From Acidobacteriota bacterium (GTDB lineage Bacteria > Acidobacteriota > Thermoanaerobaculia > Gp7-AA8): a stretch of 64,000 nucleotides of DNA. Location of the stretch: positions 64,001 through 128,000 of the forward strand of contig JAFATB010000019.1 in NCBI GenBank assembly GCA_019244185.1. The letters run 5' to 3'. Shown here one piece after another: positions 57,800 to 64,000 of this stretch (its first letter is position 1; every line of letters starts with the position of its first letter). The notes beneath the pieces were generated by a model, which worked only from the letters and a program-made list of their open reading frames with translations, did no database searches and had not been told where the DNA came from. The position numbers and the translations under genes were made by a program.

Positions 57800-59026
57800 C
57801 TACCGCCGATGCTGCCCCGACGCGCGGCGGATCGGCTCGACCGGTGCGGCCGGCTTCTCCGGTTGCGGCGCGGGCGGTGGCGTGGGCGGCGTCGCGGGAG
57901 GTGCCGTCGGCGTCTTCGCCTCGCGCGCGGCGTCGGACGGCGTGCGCAGGATCACCGCGAGCACGCCGATGCCGATGAGACCGATGATCACGAGCAGGAG
58001 ACCGCGGCTGGCGAGATCGGGCTTTCCGTTCGCGGGCGGCTGCGGGAGCTGCACCGGTTCTTGTGCAGGCGTGGAATCGACGACCGTCGGCGTGATCGGC
58101 GCGGGGGTGGCGGTGGGCGGCGCGACCGGCGTGTTGCTCGCGGTCGATGCGGGAATCGGCGCGGGCGTCGTGCTGATCGGCGCAGGATTCGGTGCCGCGC
58201 TGTTCGCGGACGAGCTCGCGTTCGGCGTCGCCGTCACCGGCTCGGCATGCACGACGACCGGCGGCGCGATCGGCGCGGCGGTCGCGTGTTGCGGCGCGGT
58301 CGTTTGCGCGGACTTGGTTGCATGCGGCGTCGCGGACTTTGCGTTCGAGGACGCGCGCGCGTGCACCGGCGCATTCGCATGCGCGGATCTCGTTTCGTGC
58401 CTCGGCGTCGCGTGCGTCGCATCAGCGCTGCGCACCGGCTTCTTCGTGTGCTTCGGCGTTTCCACGCGCGCGGACTTGGTCGTGGAGTGCGACGTCGTAT
58501 GCGTACGCGAGGGCGTCGGCGTAAGGTGCGCGATCGTCGTGCGCGGCGTGTCGCCGTCGAGCACGCGCTCGAGGATGAACGTGCGCGTTTCGCTGGTCGG
58601 ATAGAACGTGTGGCCGCGATCGTCGACGATGCGGTTTCGCGCGATCGCGGCGGCGAGCCCGGGGTACGCGCGGCTGAGGCGCGTGAACGTGTCTTCGCCG
58701 TAGAACGCGCCGATCGGATCGGTCACCGAGTACGTCCAGAGCTCGTAGAGCGGGCGCCACGCGGCGGCGGGATGCCGCTCGTACAGTGCGGCGAAGGTCG
58801 CGTAGTCATTCGCACGCGCGGCCTGCGCGAGCGTCCCGGATTCGGGTGCGGCCTCGGAGCGGATCGGCTCGACGGGTAGCGTCACGGACGGCAAGGCCGC
58901 GTCGGCGATGAACGTCCGCGGCTGCACGGGCGGCAGCGGCTCTTCCTGTCCGTTGAGGGGCAACGCGTTCGCGCCGAGGAGCGCGAGAAGACCAGCTGCA
59001 GCGGTGACGGAGTTCCTGAATCGCAC
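57800..59026 (-). CDS. Hypothetical exported protein with Pro/Thr/Ala-rich stalk and C-terminal TM
   Basis: Signal-like N-terminus, small globular domain, low-complexity linker, GLLLVIIGLIGIGVLAVIL helix; GGAGG upstream. Confidence 0.65.
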   Translation of the reverse strand: MRFRNSVTAAAGLLALLGANALPLNGQEEPLPPVQPRTFIADAALPSVTLPVEPIRSEAAPESGTLAQAARANDYATFAALYERHPAAAWRPLYELWTYSVTDPIGAFYGEDTFTRLSRAYPGLAAAIARNRIVDDRGHTFYPTSETRTFILERVLDGDTPRTTIAHLTPTPSRTHTTSHSTTKSARVETPKHTKKPVRSADATHATPRHETRSAHANAPVHARASSNAKSATPHATKSAQTTAPQHATAAPIAPPVVVHAEPVTATPNASSSANSAAPNPAPISTTPAPIPASTASNTPVAPPTATPAPITPTVVDSTPAQEPVQLPQPPANGKPDLASRGLLLVIIGLIGIGVLAVILRTPSDAAREAKTPTAPPATPPTPPPAPQPEKPAAPVEPIRRASGQHRR

Positions 59027-59098
59027 GCAACCCTCCCGGCCGTATCTGGGGACCCGGAAGAGTGTAGCGCGAAATGTGCCGGGACGGACGCGCCCCGG

Positions 59099-59563
59099 TT
59101 ATTGCGGCCGCGGTGGCCGCGCGGAGGCCTGCTGCCCGAGGATGCGGGCGGTGTCGATGAGTTCCTGGATGGTCGTCTGATCCTTGCCGCTGGCCTGCAG
59201 GAGATTGATGCGGATGGCGCTGTCGAGCGGGATCATCACGTTCGCGGGATCGGAGTAGAAGCGCTCGAGACCCGACACGAGCTCGAAGCCCGTGATCTTG
59301 CCGGCGGTCGACGTCTGCCGCTCGGTGCGCGCGGCGAGACTGGCGCACGGCGAAGTCGGACCGGCCGTCACGTCGATCTTGTCGAGTGCGTCGCGGTAGC
59401 CGGCCGAGTACCCGATGGCCCAGAAGAGTTTCTCGGTGCTGCTGAGCCGGAGCCATTCCTCACCATTGCTCGGCGGCGTGATCTCGGGCGCGGCGGGCCG
59501 ATCGGCGGCCATCCCGACGACCGCGGTGAGGAGCAGGGCAAGACCGACGACGATTTTTTTCAT
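59099..59563 (-). CDS. Hypothetical secreted helical protein
   Basis: MKKIVVGLALLLTAVVGMAA signal peptide; AAGG upstream. Confidence 0.7.
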   Translation of the reverse strand: MKKIVVGLALLLTAVVGMAADRPAAPEITPPSNGEEWLRLSSTEKLFWAIGYSAGYRDALDKIDVTAGPTSPCASLAARTERQTSTAGKITGFELVSGLERFYSDPANVMIPLDSAIRINLLQASGKDQTTIQELIDTARILGQQASARPPRPQ

Positions 59564-59645
59564 TGGACGCACCTTCTCAAGATTGGAACGGCTGGTCGAT
59601 TCGGGCGCGATTCTAACCAAATGCAGGGAGCGAACGGAAGAGCGA

Positions 59646-61058
59646 TCAGTCGGCCGCGGCTTCGATCTTCGCACGATACCGCGCGACATCGGGAGTGATC
59701 TCGATGAACGGCAGCGCCGCCGCGAGCTCGCGCTTCGCCTGCACGTACGCGCCGGTCTCGTAGAGCGCCACCGCGATGTAGTAGCGGTACGGCTCTTCGC
59801 CGCCGCGCAGCGTGCCGGCCCGGCTGAACGCCGCCAGCGCGTTCGCGAAGTCGCGCGCGCGGTAGAAGCCTTCCGCGACGCGGATCAGCGCATCGTGATC
59901 GAGGCGCATGTCGAGCAGTCCGCGATAGATCGTCCGCGCCTCGGGCAGCTGCGCGCGTGACAGCGCGCGTTCCGCCGCGGCGAAGCGCGACGCGAGCTCG
60001 GCGGCCGTCGGCGCCGGCGCGAGCGTGTTCATGGGCGCTGTCGTCGCGGGCGCGGTGGTCGTCGTGCGCGTCGTCGTGGTCGTGGTCGTCGTGGTGGTGC
60101 GCGGGGCGGCGGCGGTGCTCGATGGCGCGCTGTTCGGCACCGTGGTGCGCGCGGGGCTCGGCGGCTGCGTCGTCGTGCGCGGCGTCGTCGCCGTGCTGCT
60201 CGGCGGAACCGTGGTGGTGCCGCTCGGCGCCGCGGTGTTGTTGCGCGGCGTCGTCGATGGCGCGGACGGCTGCGTGTTGCGCGGCGTGGTGGCCGGCGCC
60301 GACGTGCTGGTGTTCGGCAGCGCGGTGTTCGACGGTTGCGTCGCGGCGGTGCGCGGCGGAGGGTTCGTGGTCGTGCGCGGCGCGGTGGTGCTGCTCGGCG
60401 GCGGCACCGGAATGGCGTGCGGCGCGTTGGTATTCGCCGGCGTCGTCATGTCCGTCGTCTGCGTCGGACGCGTCGGCGTCACCGGCTGCGGCGGATTGTT
60501 GCGCGGCGCGGTCGTCGTCGAGCGCGGCGGCGTTGTCGTCTGCGTCGTGCGCGGCGTCGTCGCAGCCGTCGTCGACGGATTGCTGTTGTTCGACGTCGTC
60601 CGCGGCGGCGGCGTCACATCCGCTTCTTCGCCCAGCGGCACCGAAGGCGTCGCGGGGTTGCGGCCGAGCGTCGCCACTTCCGCGCCAGTCAACAGCTTCT
60701 TCGCCACGGTCTCGAACGCGGAGCGCGTCTGCGCGGGCAGCGCGCGATAGTGCGGCTCGATGCGCTCGGCCGCGACGACGCGACGCGCGGCATCACGCGC
60801 CGGCTCTTCCTGCGCGAGGCGGTCGTACGCGATCGCGAGCGACGCCTGCGCGAGCTCGTACTGCTCGAGCGCATCCACGAGCCCAAAGGCCGCGACGCGC
60901 AGCGGCGTCGTCGCATCCTCGAAGCGTCCCGCCTCGAGGGCGCTCACGCCGCGGCGCAGAAGATTGATGTAGAAATCGGCCGCCGTCGCTCCCTGGAGGG
61001 GAACGGACGCGCCCAGCAGAAGCGCGATCAGCAATGGGGCGATTGCAAATTTCCGCAT
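59646..61058 (-). CDS. Secreted TPR protein with a long Thr/Pro-rich linker
   Basis: Signal peptide, TPR-like helices at both ends, about 200-aa T/P/S linker. Confidence 0.72.
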   Translation of the reverse strand: MRKFAIAPLLIALLLGASVPLQGATAADFYINLLRRGVSALEAGRFEDATTPLRVAAFGLVDALEQYELAQASLAIAYDRLAQEEPARDAARRVVAAERIEPHYRALPAQTRSAFETVAKKLLTGAEVATLGRNPATPSVPLGEEADVTPPPRTTSNNSNPSTTAATTPRTTQTTTPPRSTTTAPRNNPPQPVTPTRPTQTTDMTTPANTNAPHAIPVPPPSSTTAPRTTTNPPPRTAATQPSNTALPNTSTSAPATTPRNTQPSAPSTTPRNNTAAPSGTTTVPPSSTATTPRTTTQPPSPARTTVPNSAPSSTAAAPRTTTTTTTTTTRTTTTAPATTAPMNTLAPAPTAAELASRFAAAERALSRAQLPEARTIYRGLLDMRLDHDALIRVAEGFYRARDFANALAAFSRAGTLRGGEEPYRYYIAVALYETGAYVQAKRELAAALPFIEITPDVARYRAKIEAAAD

Positions 61059-61201
61059 TCGGACGCGGTTCAGAACAGCAGAGCCTTGCGCCGAATTCGC
61101 GCGTCACTGCACGGCATTCGGACCTGTTTCCGATTCTGCCACAACCCAAGCTACGGCGTCGACAGGGGTTACGTCAGAAATGAAGTAACATCCTCCGACT
61201 C

Positions 61202-62503
61202 GTGGGAAAGAACGTCGTTATCGTCGGCGGCGGCCTCGCCGGTCTCGCCGCGTCGATCTATCTCGCCCGCGGCGGCCGCAACGTGACGCTCTTCGAAAAG
61301 CGGACGTACCTCGGCGGCCGCGCGATCACCACGCACCGTCACGGCTACCGCTTCAACCTCGGCGCGCACGCGCTCTACCGGCAGGGACACGCCGCCTCCG
61401 TCTATCGCGAGCTCGGGATTCCCGTGCGCGGCAAATCGCCGGCGACCTCCGGCGCGGCACTGTTCCGCGGCGACGCGTACCGGCTGCCGAGCGGCATCTT
61501 CTCGCTGCTCACGACGTCGCTGCTCTCGTTCCGCGGCAAGCGCGAGCTCGTCGCCGCGTTCGTGCGCGTGCGCCGCAACGAGGCCGCGCGCGTCGCCGAT
61601 CAAACTCTCGGCGCATGGCTCGACGCACGCTTCACCGACGCGCGCGCGCGTCAGGTGATGGAAGCGTTCTTCCGCCTCTTCACGTACGCGAACGACGCGC
61701 GCGAGCAACGCGCCTCGCTCGCACTGGCGCAGGCGCGGCTCGGCTTGCGCGGCGTGCTCTATCTCGATGAGGGCTGGCAGAAGCTCGTCGACTCGATGCA
61801 CAGCGCGGCGATCAGCTCCGGCGTGCATTTCGTCAGCAGCGCGCGCATCGTCGGCATCGTGCACGACGACCGCGTGCGCGCCGTGGAGCTCGGCGGACTC
61901 GATCTCGACGCCGATCGCATGGATACCCAGGCAATCGCGTTTCCCGCCGACGATCCCGAGATGGTCGAGGGCGCGCTCATCCCCGCAGACACCGTGCTGC
62001 TCGCCGTCGATCCGACGACCGCGGCGTCGCTGGCGGGCAACACCGGTGAAACGTGGACGCGCGCGCAGCGCGTCAACGCGGCGTGTCTCGACGTCGGCCT
62101 GCGCGCGCTGCCGCGTCCGCGCGCGACGTTCGCGCTCGGCATCGACGAGCCGACGTACCTCTCCGTCCATTCCGCCGCCGCGCATCTCACGCCGAAAGGC
62201 GGCGCGCTGATTCAGCTCGTGCGCTACGGCGGCAGCGACGCGGCCGCGGACGAGCGCGCGCTCGAGGCGATGCTCGACCGCTTTCAGCCCGGTTGGCGCG
62301 AGCTCGTCGTGCACCGCCGCTTCCTGCCGTCGATGACGGTCTCCAACGCGCTGGTCACGCCCGCGAACCCGCGCCCATCCGTCAACACCTCGGTGCGCGG
62401 GCTCTACCTCGCGGGCGACTGGGTCGGCGACGAAGGGCTGCTGTCCGACGCCGCGCTCGCGAGCGCCCGCGCCGCGGCGCGGGCGATTCTCGCGGAAACG
62501 TAG
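61202..62503 (+). CDS. FAD-dependent oxidoreductase (phytoene desaturase-like family)
   Basis: IVGGGLAGL...FEK...GGRA, FNLGAHAL, GLYLAGDWV. Confidence 0.85.
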   Translation: MGKNVVIVGGGLAGLAASIYLARGGRNVTLFEKRTYLGGRAITTHRHGYRFNLGAHALYRQGHAASVYRELGIPVRGKSPATSGAALFRGDAYRLPSGIFSLLTTSLLSFRGKRELVAAFVRVRRNEAARVADQTLGAWLDARFTDARARQVMEAFFRLFTYANDAREQRASLALAQARLGLRGVLYLDEGWQKLVDSMHSAAISSGVHFVSSARIVGIVHDDRVRAVELGGLDLDADRMDTQAIAFPADDPEMVEGALIPADTVLLAVDPTTAASLAGNTGETWTRAQRVNAACLDVGLRALPRPRATFALGIDEPTYLSVHSAAAHLTPKGGALIQLVRYGGSDAAADERALEAMLDRFQPGWRELVVHRRFLPSMTVSNALVTPANPRPSVNTSVRGLYLAGDWVGDEGLLSDAALASARAAARAILAET

Positions 62504-62518
62504 CTGTCGCGATAAAAA

Positions 62519-63475
62519 CTACAGCGGCCGCACGCGGATGCCGCCGCCGGACGAGCGCAGCACGAGACGCGGACCGCCGCCGTTGATCTGGCCTTTCAAC
62601 GAGTCTTCGCCCTGCGTGCCGAGGATCGTCACGGGGACGTTCGAGCTCACGCCGCCGCCGCTGGAGCGCGCGTCGAGATCGAGCTTCACACCCTGCGCGA
62701 TCGCCACGACCACGCCGCCGCCCGAGGTCACGAGACGCGAGTCGCCGCGCGGCTGGCGCGAGAGCTTCGCCTCGATCGAGCCGCCGGACGTTTCGGCGTC
62801 GACCGCGCCCATCGCTTCGTCGACGCGGATGCTGCCGCCGGAGCTGCGCACGTACACGTCGCCGGTCGCGCGCTCGACCGTCACCGAGCCGCCGGACGTC
62901 CGCGCGTCGACTTTGCCCTGCGTTTCGCCGACGTGGATCGAGCCGCCGGAGCTGCGCGCGGTGATCGAGGCCGCGCCGCCCGCGACATCCACCTGACCGC
63001 CGGACGTGTAGAGATTCGCGACGCCGCCGAGACGGCCGGTCTTGATGTTGCCGCCCGAGGTGCGCGCGTCGACGGTGCCGCCGAGGTCGGCGAGGTCGAT
63101 GTTGCCGCCGGAGGTCTTCAGCTCGACGTTCGTGTGCGCGGGGACGCGCACGTTCCACTGCACGCTGAGATTGGAGAAGTTGAACCAGCCGTGATCGTGC
63201 TCGTCCTCGGTATCGATGACGACGTCGTTGCCGTGCTGCTCGAACGTCACTTTGTGATTCTGCAGGTCTTCGGTCGCGTGGCGCCCGTGGGCCTCGCGCA
63301 CGACCTCGATCGCGACGCCGGTGCCGCCGGCGACGACCTTGATGTTTCCGAAGCCGGCGTCGAGGCGCAGCGTGCCTCCGTCGGCGACATCGAAATGGCG
63401 TCGGATGACGTCATCCGCGGCGTGCAGGCGAACGGCGGCGACGAGGAGAAGAGCGAGCGTGATCGTGCGGCGCAT
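62519..63475 (-). CDS. Secreted DUF4097 family beta-strand repeat protein
   Basis: Signal peptide; about ten [TS]SGG[SNGQ][IV] repeats. Confidence 0.85.
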   Translation of the reverse strand: MRRTITLALLLVAAVRLHAADDVIRRHFDVADGGTLRLDAGFGNIKVVAGGTGVAIEVVREAHGRHATEDLQNHKVTFEQHGNDVVIDTEDEHDHGWFNFSNLSVQWNVRVPAHTNVELKTSGGNIDLADLGGTVDARTSGGNIKTGRLGGVANLYTSGGQVDVAGGAASITARSSGGSIHVGETQGKVDARTSGGSVTVERATGDVYVRSSGGSIRVDEAMGAVDAETSGGSIEAKLSRQPRGDSRLVTSGGGVVVAIAQGVKLDLDARSSGGGVSSNVPVTILGTQGEDSLKGQINGGGPRLVLRSSGGGIRVRPL

Positions 63476-63484
63476 GCGGCTTCA

Positions 63485-63510
63485 TACGCGGCGCGGGCCG
63501 AAAAGTTTGC
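63485..63510 (-). promoter_or_regulatory. Putative ECF promoter GCAAAC-N16-CGTA
   Basis: Minus strand GCAAAC 63510-63505, CGTA 63488-63485, 9 nt before the ATG of the DUF4097 gene. Confidence 0.55.
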
Positions 63511-63527
63511 AGTACACTCCGACCGGT

Positions 63528-63998
63528 ATGGCCATGGATGAAGGTGAGTTTCGCGCGGCGATGTCGCATTTCGCCAGCGGCGTGACGGTCGTGACGACCG
63601 AGCACGAAGGCAAGCGGTATGGCATGACGGTGGCGTCCTTCGCGTCGCTCTCGCTGCATCCGCCCCTCGTCATCGTCTGCATCGAGAAGAGCGTGAAGTC
63701 GCACGACGCGATCGCCGCCGCGGGCCGCTTCGGCGTGAGCATCCTGGCCCTCGATCAGAAAGACGTCTCCGGCCGCTTCGCCTCGAAGCGCGACGACAAG
63801 TTCGACGGCGTGGCCGTCCGCGAGGGCGCGCTCGGCGTACCGCTCATCGAAGGCGCGATCTGCACCCTCGAATGCCGCATCCATCAGCAGCTTCCCGGCG
63901 GCGATCATTCGATCTTCGTCGGCGAAGTGGTCGACGCGCAGATGCGCGAAGCCGCGCCGCTGGTCTACTTCCGCAGCGCGTATCGAGAGCTCGCGTAA
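63528..63998 (+). CDS. Flavin reductase family protein (HpaC/RutF-like)
   Basis: FRAAMSHFASGVTVVT, SLSL.PPL, GDHSIFVGEV, PLVY. Confidence 0.92.
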   Translation: MAMDEGEFRAAMSHFASGVTVVTTEHEGKRYGMTVASFASLSLHPPLVIVCIEKSVKSHDAIAAAGRFGVSILALDQKDVSGRFASKRDDKFDGVAVREGALGVPLIEGAICTLECRIHQQLPGGDHSIFVGEVVDAQMREAAPLVYFRSAYRELA

Positions 63999-64000
63999 CG

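Noticed and set aside
61202-62503. Carotenoid or hopanoid biosynthesis cluster
   Set aside because: Single desaturase-like FAD enzyme without crtB, hpnCD or shc neighbours.
63528-63998. Flavin reductase as the dedicated partner of the LLM monooxygenase
   Set aside because: About 47 kb away with no linkage evidence; usable experimentally but not assignable.

Overview
High-GC (roughly 70%), gene-dense bacterial chromosomal window. Gene content suggests an Acidobacteriota (Thermoanaerobaculia-like) genome; this is inference. About 55 genes are supported. No rRNA, tRNA, CRISPR array or transposase was seen. Main contents: an orphan MglA-type GTPase; a methyltransferase-bshC-bshB1-bshA bacillithiol operon; proS; an aromatic-amine catabolic cluster (luciferase-like monooxygenase, class 3 asparaginase-like hydrolase, aminomuconate-semialdehyde dehydrogenase, 2-aminophenol 1,6-dioxygenase beta subunit, and an alpha subunit fused to a RidA-type deaminase); an ECF sigma/anti-sigma/DUF4097 operon; a seven-gene FHA/Ser-Thr kinase/PP2C/cyclase/protease signalling cluster; an RGG-rich histone-like protein; a class A PBP; a yitJ-like methionine gene; and a hybrid sensor kinase. 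Best leads: (1) the catabolic cluster, whose gene set fits a hypothetical kynurenine -> aspartate + 2-aminophenol route via Baeyer-Villiger oxidation and asparaginase-type hydrolysis; (2) a SAM-II-like riboswitch coupled to an intrinsic terminator/antiterminator; (3) the FHA/phosphothreonine network; (4) a dispersed heptamer-built inverted-repeat element. All calls come from reading motifs by eye; no database searches were run.
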